Positions 20,337-30,162 of a stretch of 48,249 bases of DNA are shown piece after piece (the stretch's first letter is position 1; every line of letters begins with the position of its first letter). The notes beneath the pieces are model-generated. The model saw nothing but the letters and a program-made list of their open reading frames with translations, did no database searches and was not told the DNA's origin. A program made the position numbers and the translations under genes. The DNA is taken from positions 1-48,249 of the forward strand of contig JAEOSU010000047.1 in assembly GCA_016840165.1 (NCBI GenBank), in the 5' to 3' direction. The stretch is from Promethearchaeota archaeon (GTDB lineage: Archaea > Asgardarchaeota > Lokiarchaeia > Sigyniarchaeales > SOKP01).

Positions 20337-20723
20337 ATGCCAAAGATGAAAAAACAAGCTAAGAAAGGAAGGAGGACCTATAGTTCAAATCCACAGCCGG
20401 TTGTAAAACGTGTAAAAATGCCATATAGGAAAAATGGAGAGATGTTTGCACGTGTCACCGATATTTATGGTCAAGAACGAATGGGGGTTTATTGTGAAGA
20501 TGGAAAACATCGTTTAGGAAGAATACGAGGGAAAATAAAGAAAAGAGTATGGATAAGAAAAGGAGATTTAGTAGTAGTTAATCCTTGGGATTTTGAAACA
20601 GAAACTAAAGGTCAAAAAGAAAAATGTGAAATATCTTGGCGATATTTAAGACATGAAATTTCTTGGCTACAACGGAGAAATTTGCTTCCAGAAAACCTGG
20701 AATTAAATAATATCTCTCTTTAA
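20337..20723 (+). CDS. eif1a: Translation initiation factor aIF-1A
   Basis: CEDGKHRLGRIRGKIKKRVWIRKGDLVVVNPWDF. Confidence 0.92.
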   Translation: MPKMKKQAKKGRRTYSSNPQPVVKRVKMPYRKNGEMFARVTDIYGQERMGVYCEDGKHRLGRIRGKIKKRVWIRKGDLVVVNPWDFETETKGQKEKCEISWRYLRHEISWLQRRNLLPENLELNNISL

Positions 20724-21377
20724 TTATACTTTTTATTATTTACAGTTAAGATTTTTAATTCTTACTGGTTTATGGTAAGGAATAGAATTTTTTTATTCAG
20801 CTTTATTATTTTGTTCTCTATATTCGATTAATTGCCTCTATAAAGCAGTTTGAAAATTAACCATCTATAGCCCAATTTTTTTGATTGGTTGCACAAAGAT
20901 CGAATTAAACAAAGTCACTATTTATTCCTACTTTATTTTCATTTATGATTAGAATGTTCACTTTTAAATCATTTAATGATATGAACGCGAATTAATGTTT
21001 ACAAATTAATATCTTTACATGATTTTATCATGTAAATTTAATCTCTTATCTTGCTACTTAAAATGTTTGTTTTTGAATATTTTTTTAATATAAATTTGCT
21101 GTTTCCGTTGTCTTACGGAATCTCATTCACTTATAATATATATGTTCGGAATAATATTCGTTAGATTTATAACTTAAAAACAACATATTAATAGTGAAAA
21201 TTGTTCATTTAATCAATAATAAATTAATTCAAAGAAAGTGAATCTAATTCGGTTTATTTTTAAATATAAGTTAAAGGGGGGAATATAATTTATAAAAAGG
21301 CTTTTGTTCTGATTGATGAAGTAGAAGGGTCTGGTCGAGCAAGGAGGGAACGACCAACTGAACTCAATCCATTTGAA

Positions 21378-22607
21378 ATGGCTAAAAGACAAATAGATAT
21401 CGTCGCAGAAAAGATGCATTTGAATGAGAATATCAAAAAATATCTGAAAAAGGTTGAAAGGGCTCTCATTGTTTCTATTCCTATTATGATGGATGACGGA
21501 AGTCTGAAAGTATTTGAAGGATACCGAGTCCATCACTCAACCATTCGGGGACCTGGTAAAGGAGGTATACGGTTTTCTCCTAATGTTAACCTCGATGAAG
21601 TCAAAGCGCTCGCAACATGGATGACATGGAAAAACAGTCTTTTAAATCTCCCACTTGGGGGTGCTAAAGGAGGAGTATGTGTTGATCCTACAAAATTATC
21701 CCGTAAGGAACTCGAAAAGTTAACAAGGAGATATACGGCTGAAATAATAAACGTGATTGGTCCTGATATAGATATACCCGCCCCAGATATTAATACTAAT
21801 TCCCAAATCATGGCATGGATGATGGATGTATATTCAATGCAAAAGGGTAGAAGTGTTCCTGGAGTAGTAACTGGTAAACCAATCGAGATAGGTGGATCTG
21901 TAGGACGGGAATCTGCAACAGGGATGGGTTTATTTTATATCATTGACGCATTGTGCAAAAAAGAAAATTGGTCCCTCAAATCGTCTAGGGTTGTTATTCA
22001 AGGATTTGGAAATGTGGGTGGAAATATAGCCCGAATTTTATATGAACACGGTGTTAAAGTTATTGCAATCTCAGATGTTAGCGGTGGATTATATTGTAAA
22101 GATGGATTAGATATAGAAAATCTACTTCAATGGAGAGATAATGGGGGATTTCTAAACGAATACGATAATAATAATTATGAATTTATCTCTAATGAGGATC
22201 TTCTTACGATCCAATGCGATATTTTAATTCCAGCTGCTATTGAGAATCAAATAAACATTTCTAATGCAGAGGATATCGATTGTAAAGCAATTGTTGAAGG
22301 AGCTAATGGTCCAACGACCCCTGAAGCAGACCAAATACTTCGAAAGAGGAAGATTATCGTAGTTCCGGATATCCTCGCGAATGCTGGTGGAGTGTGTGTC
22401 TCATATTTTGAATATATTCAAGATATTCATAGTTATTTTTGGAAATTGGACAGAATTCACCAAGAATTGAAGAATATTTTAGTGAATACTTTTAATGATG
22501 TATATCTTCTATCGAAAAAAGAAAAAGTAACTTTAAGAATAGCAGCTTATATGATCGCGATAAATAGATTAGCAAGAGCAATTGAATTACGAGGGATTTT
22601 TCCTTAG
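21378..22607 (+). CDS. gdhA: Glutamate dehydrogenase (Glu/Leu/Phe/Val family); real start probably upstream
   Basis: RGPGKGGIRF, GGAKGG, PAPD, QGFGNVG, EGANGP, NAGGV; in-frame NPFE precedes the ATG. Confidence 0.92.
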   Translation: MAKRQIDIVAEKMHLNENIKKYLKKVERALIVSIPIMMDDGSLKVFEGYRVHHSTIRGPGKGGIRFSPNVNLDEVKALATWMTWKNSLLNLPLGGAKGGVCVDPTKLSRKELEKLTRRYTAEIINVIGPDIDIPAPDINTNSQIMAWMMDVYSMQKGRSVPGVVTGKPIEIGGSVGRESATGMGLFYIIDALCKKENWSLKSSRVVIQGFGNVGGNIARILYEHGVKVIAISDVSGGLYCKDGLDIENLLQWRDNGGFLNEYDNNNYEFISNEDLLTIQCDILIPAAIENQINISNAEDIDCKAIVEGANGPTTPEADQILRKRKIIVVPDILANAGGVCVSYFEYIQDIHSYFWKLDRIHQELKNILVNTFNDVYLLSKKEKVTLRIAAYMIAINRLARAIELRGIFP

Positions 22608-22609
22608 TT

Positions 22610-23506
22610 TTATCTTATATTAAATTTTACTTTTTCGGTCATTTTATAGATATCAATAAAACTAGAAACATTTAACTGTGGTTTAATCCCTTTAAGAACT
22701 AAAATATTCTCATTTAAAAATCTCCATAGATCTTTTTCACTTTTGGCTATAACTTTCAAAACGAGATTATATTCACCAGCTGAGGTGGCTACAAATTGAA
22801 TTTCATCAAATAAGACTAACTTTTTTGCAATCTCATCTAATTTGAAGGGATCTATAGCAAGATTGATAACAGCTATAGTATTATAACCTACTTTAAATGG
22901 ATCAACAAATGTGTCAACCTCCTTTATTATTCCTTCATTAATCATATTCTGTACTCTGCTATGAATTGTACTTGCAGCGAGTTTCACTTTTTCACTAATA
23001 TCCTTATATGATATTTTGTAATGATCCTGTAAAATGTTAAGTATCTCTTTATCCCTCTTATCTAAATGATAACCAAGGCTTTCTTTTTTTATACTTTTAG
23101 TAGGTTTAATCTTATGACGTTCAATCCCATAAAGGATAGAGCGTGTCAATAAGTTAGTGGTAATTTCATCTTTAACCAGATAATCTTGAATTCCCTTTTT
23201 TAATGATTCTAAAGCAATATCTTTATCATCTAAACCCGTTAAGATTATAATTGGAATTATTGGCATGAATTCTAATATTTTTTCCAAGGTTGACGTTCTA
23301 TCACTATCTGGAAGGGTTAAATCTAATAATATGATATTAAAATCATTTTTCTTAAGAGCCTCAAGTCCTTCAGATAATCGAATACATGATTTTATCTCAT
23401 ATACAAAATCTGGTGCTTTTTTCAATAATTCTTGTATTAATCGAATATCTGCTTTATTATCTTCGATTAAAAGGATCTTAATTTTTTCATTCTCTATTGT
23501 TATCAC
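22610..23506 (-). CDS. Response regulator: REC domain fused to an Lrp/AsnC HTH plus RAM domain
   Basis: LLIEDN, LLDLTLPD, LTG, DYLVK; LDKRDKEILNILQ...STIHSRVQNMINEGII. Confidence 0.88.
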   Translation of the reverse strand: MITIENEKIKILLIEDNKADIRLIQELLKKAPDFVYEIKSCIRLSEGLEALKKNDFNIILLDLTLPDSDRTSTLEKILEFMPIIPIIILTGLDDKDIALESLKKGIQDYLVKDEITTNLLTRSILYGIERHKIKPTKSIKKESLGYHLDKRDKEILNILQDHYKISYKDISEKVKLAASTIHSRVQNMINEGIIKEVDTFVDPFKVGYNTIAVINLAIDPFKLDEIAKKLVLFDEIQFVATSAGEYNLVLKVIAKSEKDLWRFLNENILVLKGIKPQLNVSSFIDIYKMTEKVKFNIR

Positions 23507-23730
23507 CCTTTTTAGAGATTAGAATTTATAGTTCTAAATGAATAAAAATCTATTGAATCTCATGATCACCAATTCTTATTCAATATTAGTGGAACTATTA
23601 GGAAAAACATTTTGAAAATCCTTATTTTTCACTATGATATTTAAATAGATATATTTATTTACTTAAATAACTAATGTTAAAAAAATAATTCAGTTTCACC
23701 TAATACCTAAAAATCTGGAAGAAAACTATT

Positions 23731-24801
23731 ATGAAATTAAAATACCAAGATAGAAACATAAAGTTTCTGATTGTCTTAGCGTTAATTATCATTTCATCCA
23801 TTTTAATATATTATTTTGAAGTTATTCTCAACACTACTCTACTAATTGCTCACTTCTTCTACTTTCCTTCATTAATAGCTTGTTTATGGTGGAAAAAGAA
23901 AGGATTAATTATTCCACTTGGGCTAACTATGGGACTATTAATAACGCATATAATAAGACATGAAGATTTTATTGAGCTAAACTTATTCAATGACATTTCC
24001 AGAGGAATAATATTATTTTTAGTTAGCTTGGTAATCGCCTTATTATCAGAACAAATCTCAAAGCGAGAAATTGAATTAAATACCATTATCGAAGATCTAA
24101 GGCGTTCGAATGAAGACTTGCAACAATTTGCATATGTTGCTTCACATGATTTGCAAGAACCACTGCGAGCTATTATGAGTTTCTCCCAGCTCCTCGAAGA
24201 GAAGTATTATGATAAGTTGAATTCTAATGGCAAAGAATTTATTTCTTTTATAACAGAAGGAGCAAAAAATATGAACGTCCTTATCAAAGATCTCTTAGCG
24301 TATTCAAGGATTACCACACATGCTGAGGAGCCAAGTTTGCATGATCTTGAGGAGATTTTAAAGGATGCTCTTTATAACCTTCAGGAGGCGATAAAGGAAA
24401 GTGGAGCTGTTATCACTTACGATGAGATGCCTACATTGAAGGTTGATCGAACTCAATTTCTTCAACTTTTTCAAAATTTTATTGGTAACGCTATAAAGTT
24501 TCGAAGAGAGATCCCACCTAAAATTCACGTTGGAGTCAGAGAGGGAAATGTTGCTTGGTTATTTTCAATAAAAGATAATGGTATTGGAATCGAATCTAAA
24601 TATTTCGATCGCCTTTATAATATATTTTACCGACTTCATACAAAAGAAGAGTATCCTGGTACAGGGATAGGATTACCAATCTGCAAAAAAATTATTCAAA
24701 GGTATGGAGGAAAAATTTGGGTGGAATCCGAGTTAGGAAAGGGAACAACTTTTTACTTCACTATTCCAAAAAAGAAAAAGAAGAAATTCGCATCAGAGTG
24801 A
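23731..24801 (+). CDS. Membrane sensor histidine kinase (Cph1-like HisKA/HATPase)
   Basis: N-terminal TMs; ASHDLQEPLR, NAIKF, DNGIG, GTGIGL. Confidence 0.92.
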   Translation: MKLKYQDRNIKFLIVLALIIISSILIYYFEVILNTTLLIAHFFYFPSLIACLWWKKKGLIIPLGLTMGLLITHIIRHEDFIELNLFNDISRGIILFLVSLVIALLSEQISKREIELNTIIEDLRRSNEDLQQFAYVASHDLQEPLRAIMSFSQLLEEKYYDKLNSNGKEFISFITEGAKNMNVLIKDLLAYSRITTHAEEPSLHDLEEILKDALYNLQEAIKESGAVITYDEMPTLKVDRTQFLQLFQNFIGNAIKFRREIPPKIHVGVREGNVAWLFSIKDNGIGIESKYFDRLYNIFYRLHTKEEYPGTGIGLPICKKIIQRYGGKIWVESELGKGTTFYFTIPKKKKKKFASE

Positions 24802-24810
24802 ATAATAATT

Positions 24811-25257
24811 ATGGAAGAGAAAAATAATAAAAATGCTTTTAAGATACTATTAGTTGAGGATAATCCTGCTGATATTCGATTAACAGAAGAAGCTATTAAC
24901 GATAGTAAAATTAATTCGGTTTTATACAATGTTAAAGATGGTGTGGAAGCTATAAACTTTTTACGAAAAACAGGCAAATATTCTAAAGTTTGCCGACCAG
25001 ATTTGATTTTGTTAGATCTCAATTTACCTAAAAAAAATGGTTTAGAAGTATTAAGAGATATAAAGCAAGATGAAGGTTTAAAACGTATTCCTGTTGTAGT
25101 TTTTTCTATCTCCGGTAATGAGGAAGATCTAATAAAAGCATATAACCTTCATGCCAATGCGTTTGTAAATAAGCCACTGGAAATTAAAGAGTTCTATAGG
25201 TTTATCAAAACTTTAGAAGATTTCTGGTTTAAAGTAGTAAAACTTGCAAATAGATAA
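24811..25257 (+). CDS. Single-domain response regulator (Rcp1-like)
   Basis: VEDNPAD, LLDLNLPKKNG, ANAFVNKP, DFWF. Confidence 0.92.
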   Translation: MEEKNNKNAFKILLVEDNPADIRLTEEAINDSKINSVLYNVKDGVEAINFLRKTGKYSKVCRPDLILLDLNLPKKNGLEVLRDIKQDEGLKRIPVVVFSISGNEEDLIKAYNLHANAFVNKPLEIKEFYRFIKTLEDFWFKVVKLANR

Positions 25258-25298
25258 TTTAATTAGTAAAAAGTAAGAAGATAAAAATTATTTTGGTT

Positions 25299-25475
25299 TT
25301 AGGAGCTAATTATCAATTCTTTATTTGTTTCAGGTTCTTTTTTCGGTTCTGGAGCATGATTTTCCTCTTTACAGATGGGAGTACAATTCCATTGCCTTTC
25401 AATACGTGCTTTTTGAAAAATTGCTCCATGATTTATTGATATTTTGAGAAATCCTGGTTTTGTACTTTTTGCCAT
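25299..25475 (-). CDS. Possible 58-aa hypothetical protein
   Basis: ATG after GAAGTGA; upstream TATA and palindrome; no recognisable domain. Confidence 0.45.
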   Translation of the reverse strand: MAKSTKPGFLKISINHGAIFQKARIERQWNCTPICKEENHAPEPKKEPETNKELIISS

Positions 25476-25792
25476 ATTTATCACTTCTTCTTATTTTATT
25501 GAATATTATTCTGATTAATTATTCTCAATATTTTCAATAAATTAACTTTCTCTACTATATAATATATAATTCATAATATTTAAATGTCCCGAACAGTATT
25601 CGGCTGAATCCATAAAGAGCGTATGGAATTCTGAATAGGGAAGATTCAATGAATAAAATAAGGATAATTCAAACATATACTCCTAACTAAAGATATTTTT
25701 CTTATTAATCTAAAAGGGGCAGAAAAGAAGTAAAAAAAATAAAAATTTACAATTTTTAATTTAAAGGAACTGTGTTCTCTGGATGAAATTAT

Positions 25793-26128
25793 TTATTTGT
25801 TTGTTATTCCTTCTTGAGTGTATTCATCGTATACGAGAGTACCCAAATAAGTCTTGTATTCACCATATTTAGAGACATCTAACTCTTCTTCATGAAATTT
25901 GGATATTTCCTTAATAGATTCCATGTTAGGCCATTCCTCAATTCCAATAAATTGCCACTTATCGTTTGACTCACTACAGTCAATCATAAAATGTAGTTTG
26001 TAGCCGAGACTTTCCATTTTTTCTCGATCCTTGCGCATAAATTCTTGTTGTTCTTCCTCAGAAAGCGCATAATATGTGTCCTTGATTTTGGTGAACATTA
26101 TTCTAATGATACGCTTTTTTTCAACCAT
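25793..26128 (-). CDS. Small ferredoxin-like fold protein (chlorite-dismutase/darcynin-like)
   Basis: YYALSEEEQQEF...WQFIGIEEWP...TYLGT; GAGGTGA RBS. Confidence 0.55.
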   Translation of the reverse strand: MVEKKRIIRIMFTKIKDTYYALSEEEQQEFMRKDREKMESLGYKLHFMIDCSESNDKWQFIGIEEWPNMESIKEISKFHEEELDVSKYGEYKTYLGTLVYDEYTQEGITNK

Positions 26129-26142
26129 TTTCTCACCTCTGA

Positions 26143-27093
26143 TTAGACTATAGTTATAACTACATTTCCTTTCTTATGTCCCGTTTCGACATATCTGTGA
26201 GCTTCAACAATCTCTTCCAACGGATAGCGCCTATCTATAGCCGCTCTTAAGTTTCCTTCTTCAATTAACTTTTTGAGAAAGGTTAAATCTTCAGTTTTCA
26301 ATTTATTTGGAGAATCTTTTATAACATTGAGATATATTCCTGTCTTCTTAAGAGCCTTTTTACCATAAGAAGATGATATCTTGGCTACTGCATCAAATAT
26401 AACGTCATATTCTTCTCCACTTTGGGTAAAATCTTCTTTTGTATAATCAATGATCTTATCGGCCCCTAAAGATTTCACCATTTCTATATTGGTTGTACTA
26501 CAAACCCCAGTGACTTCTGCCCCAAAATATTTGGCAAGCTGTACAGCAAAGGTGCCAACACTTCCTGAAGCTCCATAGATAAGTACTTTCTGTCCATTCT
26601 GGATATTTGCTTTTCTGAGAACAGTCCATGCTGTAATTCCCCCCGAAGCAAAACCACCAGCCGCTTCTTCAAAGCTTATGTTGTTCGGTTTTAGTGCTAG
26701 TATCCTGTCTTCAGGTAGACATTTATACTCGGCGTATGCACCGAATTTAAATTCAGTTGATCCAAAAACTTGGTCGCCTTTCTTAAAACGCGAGACATTT
26801 TTACCAATTTCTTCTATTTCACCAGCAAGTTCCATCCCTAATATTTTTCTCTTTGGTTTTCTAAGACCCAACATTATATGCAACATGATGGTTTGAAATT
26901 TGGACGTTGGGTGCTTCCCCCTTCGAACTATTACATCCCCTATTGTTACCGATGTTGCATGTACTTTAATCAATACTTCATTATCCTTCGGTATTGGTTT
27001 TTCAACTTCTTCTAAATGCAAAACTTCTGGTGGTCCAAATCTTTCATATACGACTGCTTTCATTTTTTCTTTAAGTTCTATTTTTTTCACCAA
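26143..27093 (-). CDS. NAD(P)-dependent MDR oxidoreductase (quinone-reductase-like)
   Basis: [28 protein letters not shown]. Confidence 0.9.
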   Translation of the reverse strand: MVKKIELKEKMKAVVYERFGPPEVLHLEEVEKPIPKDNEVLIKVHATSVTIGDVIVRRGKHPTSKFQTIMLHIMLGLRKPKRKILGMELAGEIEEIGKNVSRFKKGDQVFGSTEFKFGAYAEYKCLPEDRILALKPNNISFEEAAGGFASGGITAWTVLRKANIQNGQKVLIYGASGSVGTFAVQLAKYFGAEVTGVCSTTNIEMVKSLGADKIIDYTKEDFTQSGEEYDVIFDAVAKISSSYGKKALKKTGIYLNVIKDSPNKLKTEDLTFLKKLIEEGNLRAAIDRRYPLEEIVEAHRYVETGHKKGNVVITIV

Positions 27094-27132
27094 ATTGATA
27101 TTAATAATTTCTTAATAATTGAATAATTGAAT

Positions 27133-27498
27133 TCAAAAAATTTGAGTCAATGCATACCAAATAGTAAGAGCATTGAACCCAAAACTTACAATGAGCAAAA
27201 ATATATCGTAAGCCTTATAACCCTTTATTCCAACGAGATTAAAAACAAAAAAGAAAATGGCTACGATAATATTTACCCAGCTGTTCAATGGATTTTCTAA
27301 TATCAGAGACAGTACAGCCATAATAATCGGGATCACCATTATTATTGCCATTCCAAAATATACTATTTGTTTCACTTCTCTACCTTCTATCTCTCCAGGT
27401 TTGAAATCCCCAGCAAAAATTCGCAAAACATCACCTAATAAATAACATAACATTAAAGCTACCCACAAGAATGAAAGTATTATCTTTACATCGTCCAT
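27133..27498 (-). CDS. Four-TM membrane protein (DUF6326-like)
   Basis: LSFLWVALMLCYLLGDVL, WVNIIVA. Confidence 0.7.
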   Translation of the reverse strand: MDDVKIILSFLWVALMLCYLLGDVLRIFAGDFKPGEIEGREVKQIVYFGMAIIMVIPIIMAVLSLILENPLNSWVNIIVAIFFFVFNLVGIKGYKAYDIFLLIVSFGFNALTIWYALTQIF

Positions 27499-27580
27499 AG
27501 TTATATCACATCTATTTTGTTGGTTTTTCTTTACCGGCGATAAAAATAAAAAAAATAAAATAAAATTAGTTATCTTTTGA

Positions 27581-27943
27581 TTAAGTACTCTTATTTGTGC
27601 TTAGCTTTAATAAACCTCCCGCTAATACACCGAATACTATCGTGAGGGAGATAGCAACAACCAGAAACATCATATTCTCTGGGGCGATTATCGCATAACA
27701 TACCCAAACAACGCCTATAGCTGCACCAAATAACCAGCCAAGTAATTGTTTATAGTCAATCTTACCTCTACTTATCTCAAAAAACCCGCCAGATAATACA
27801 CCAAATATTATCGTAAGGGAGATAGCAACAGCCAGAAATATCATATTCCCAGGGCCGAGTATCGCAAAACATATCCAAATAACAGCTATAGCTGCACCTA
27901 AGAGTTCCCCAAGCAATTTTTTATAATCATACAAATCTTCCAC
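27581..27943 (-). CDS. Membrane protein made of two 57-aa tandem repeats
   Basis: DYKKLLGELLGAAIAVIW...AISLTIIFGVLSGG versus DYKQLLGWLFGAAIGVVW...AISLTIVFGVLAGG. Confidence 0.75.
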   Translation of the reverse strand: MEDLYDYKKLLGELLGAAIAVIWICFAILGPGNMIFLAVAISLTIIFGVLSGGFFEISRGKIDYKQLLGWLFGAAIGVVWVCYAIIAPENMMFLVVAISLTIVFGVLAGGLLKLSTNKST

Positions 27944-28092
27944 AATCTCCTTTTTTTCATTTTATGAATATTTTACTTAGAAAAATATTATTATCATAAA
28001 AATATTGTTACTATGTGTTAAAATTTGCAGTGATTGAGAATATATATTCACAAATATAGAAAAGAATTAATAGTATCGCTGAAGAAAAAATT

Positions 28093-28929
28093 TTAATCCA
28101 GTTTTTGAGTCCTATTTTTCCTTATCCAATCTATTGCAAAATCAACTAAGTGTCTTTGAGAAAAAAGTCTAGCGTCAGCGAGTCCAACCTTTTTAATTAC
28201 TATTGCCATTTTGGTTTCAAAATCATGTCCTAGGTCTTCAAAATCGTCGGTAATTACATTCAATTCTTCCCATTGGACCCACTGTCTTTTATTATTAACC
28301 AGAATACTCGATCCCTGAGTTTTATAATATTTTTCCTTATAATCGCTTCGGAATTCTGCAAGATGAATGGAAGTATTGCTTGAATGACCTACTCCTAATA
28401 ACAACACCTTACCATCTAATTCATAAATTCGTGCTAATGGCGACCCTTCTCCTAAGTCAGAGTCAAGACTATGGTCTTTTGTAATAAATTTTGCTTGCTC
28501 TCCCCATGCACAAAAAGATGAATCGGGATGATTACTCCGTATCACTCCTGCATATTTTCTGAAGGTCTCTGGGATTATCCCTACACCTCTCGTTGGTGTT
28601 TTATCAACATGAAAAGCAGGTGTATGTTCTCTGATAACTGACCACCAACTTTTTGGCACTGGAGGATTTTGCCATTCACTAGGATCAGTATTTCCTGCTG
28701 AAAAAGTTGGCATTATAAGGGTTCCTTTTTTTCCTATAACATCTAGCAGTGCATCAATTACAGAAACTGGACCTCCCACCGTCCAACCCAACTGACTTAA
28801 AGAACTATGTACTAAAAGGATATCCCCTCGTTTAATTCCGAGATTTGCAAAATCATCCTTTAATGATTGTCTCGTGTTTGGTTTTAACGTTTTCTCAATG
28901 ATATTCCGTTCTCTTTCAATATAATTCAT
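28093..28929 (-). CDS. AAC(3)/YokD-family N-acetyltransferase
   Basis: LVHSSLSQLG, GTLIMPTF, RSNHP, NTSIHLAE. Confidence 0.9.
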   Translation of the reverse strand: MNYIERERNIIEKTLKPNTRQSLKDDFANLGIKRGDILLVHSSLSQLGWTVGGPVSVIDALLDVIGKKGTLIMPTFSAGNTDPSEWQNPPVPKSWWSVIREHTPAFHVDKTPTRGVGIIPETFRKYAGVIRSNHPDSSFCAWGEQAKFITKDHSLDSDLGEGSPLARIYELDGKVLLLGVGHSSNTSIHLAEFRSDYKEKYYKTQGSSILVNNKRQWVQWEELNVITDDFEDLGHDFETKMAIVIKKVGLADARLFSQRHLVDFAIDWIRKNRTQKLD

Positions 28930-29141
28930 GATACCTCTTCTCTTTTCTCATTTAAATCTTTCTTCTTAGCCCCTTCTCTCTCTTTCCGTTTTTTTAACAC
29001 TTCATCAAGAGCTTTTTGACGTCTCCTTTCTCGCTTCTCCCAGAAGTCGGGATCGACCATGTTTGCTTTCATATTTTCTACCATTATTCTTGCGATCTCT
29101 TCGGCATTTTGGTCCTTTTTCTTTTTCTCTTCACTCATCAA
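28926..29141 (-). CDS. Small charged hypothetical protein
   Basis: ATGA 4-bp coupling to the AAC(3) gene. Confidence 0.6.
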   Translation of the reverse strand: MMSEEKKKKDQNAEEIARIMVENMKANMVDPDFWEKRERRRQKALDEVLKKRKEREGAKKKDLNEKREEVS

Positions 29142-29345
29142 GCAAAAACTCTAATTCTTGAATTATTATTTACTTTAATTTAAAAATAGATATAAATGAT
29201 TAAGATAATTTTGAAACTAAAATCAACATACAAAAAAATCAAAAAAAAAGATAAGACTAGATAACAACCGCAAAAGAGTATTTTACTAATTATTATTTTA
29301 GACTTATTTTATATTAATACTTTTATGGATTTCAAATCCATATCT

Positions 29346-29609
29346 TTAATAACGAAAACTTCTGTTTCCGCCTCTATTATATGGATTAAATTGTTGAGGA
29401 GCCTTCTCTGTAACTACTACATTGCTCGCTTGTGGTCCTTTTTGACCATCGACCACTTCAAATTCCACTTTATCTCCTTCATTAAGGGTTTTATATTCGT
29501 CTTCACGACCGGAAAGCGCACTATAATGCACAAACACGTCGGTACCCTCCTCAGAGTTTATAAATCCATATCCTTTTCGGCTATTAAACCATTTTACTGT
29601 TCCTTTCAA
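29346..29609 (-). CDS. csp: Cold-shock domain protein with Arg/Gly/aromatic tail
   Basis: [30 protein letters not shown]. Confidence 0.93.
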   Translation of the reverse strand: MKGTVKWFNSRKGYGFINSEEGTDVFVHYSALSGREDEYKTLNEGDKVEFEVVDGQKGPQASNVVVTEKAPQQFNPYNRGGNRSFRY

Positions 29610-29851
29610 TTACAAAACCTTTTATTCTTCCCGTTAACGGTTACAAGGGAGGAGCATAACGCATTAACCTTCTACTTATACCAAATTAACAAGACAATTT
29701 ATTTTTTCTTAATATATATTTTTTTTAATTCATAACTAATCGTTAAGAATTAATTTCTAAAAGATTGGTTTGATAATATACTTTTGCCTTTTAATAAGGA
29801 AAAATTGATAAAAAAATATATTAGGAATAATATTTATATACTATGATAAAT

Positions 29852-29901
29852 ATGAATTAAATGAATTAAATGAATTAAATGAATTAAATGAATTATATGA
29901 A
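29852..29901 (+). repeat. Tandem 9-mer (ATGAATTAA) x5.5 between TATA (29833-29840) and the AbrB gene
   Basis: Four exact copies plus ATGAATTAT plus ATGAA. Confidence 0.9.
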
Positions 29902-30162
29902 GTGAAAAAAATGAGTAAACATCGACATTCTAAAGGTAAACACCAATTTTTCGGGTCAGTGAAAGTTGGTGAAAGTGGTCAAATAGTGATTCCTAAGAGA
30001 GCTCGAGATGTTTTTAAAATAAAATCAGGTGATCAATTGCTTATATTCGGAGATATTAATAAAGGGCTTGGAATAATAAAAGCAAGCGAATTAAGTCATT
30101 TTGCTTCAGAATTTTTCAGTTCAATTCAAAAAAATGACAAGGAGGAACAAAATGAAGAATAA
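29902..30162 (+). CDS. AbrB/MazE/SpoVT-family DNA-binding protein
   Basis: VKVGESGQIVIPKRARDVFKIKSGDQL. Confidence 0.88.
   Translation: MKKMSKHRHSKGKHQFFGSVKVGESGQIVIPKRARDVFKIKSGDQLLIFGDINKGLGIIKASELSHFASEFFSSIQKNDKEEQNEE

Noticed and set aside
21103-21120. TTCCGT-N6-ACGGAA matching the wHTH-TPR operator
   Set aside because: No TATA at the 28-bp spacing on either strand; may be chance or a terminator-like hairpin.
21319-21328. AAGTAGAAGG shared between the gdhA and csp leaders
   Set aside because: A single 10-mer match is plausible by chance in AT-rich DNA.
21311-21369. SECIS element
   Set aside because: The helix above the GA quartet is only 2-3 bp, and no UGA-interrupted selenoprotein gene was seen nearby.
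21213-21536. Short ORF-track calls nested in or antisense to strong genes (e.g. 923, 4813, 7167, 11101, 21213, 29325, 31005, 36178, 45105)
   Set aside because: They overlap well-supported CDSs and show no motifs; treated as shadow ORFs.
28093-28929. Aminoglycoside resistance gene
   Set aside because: YokD-like chromosomal homologs are widespread and often of unknown substrate; there is no mobile context.
29852-29901. CRISPR array
   Set aside because: 9-bp units with no spacers and no cas genes.
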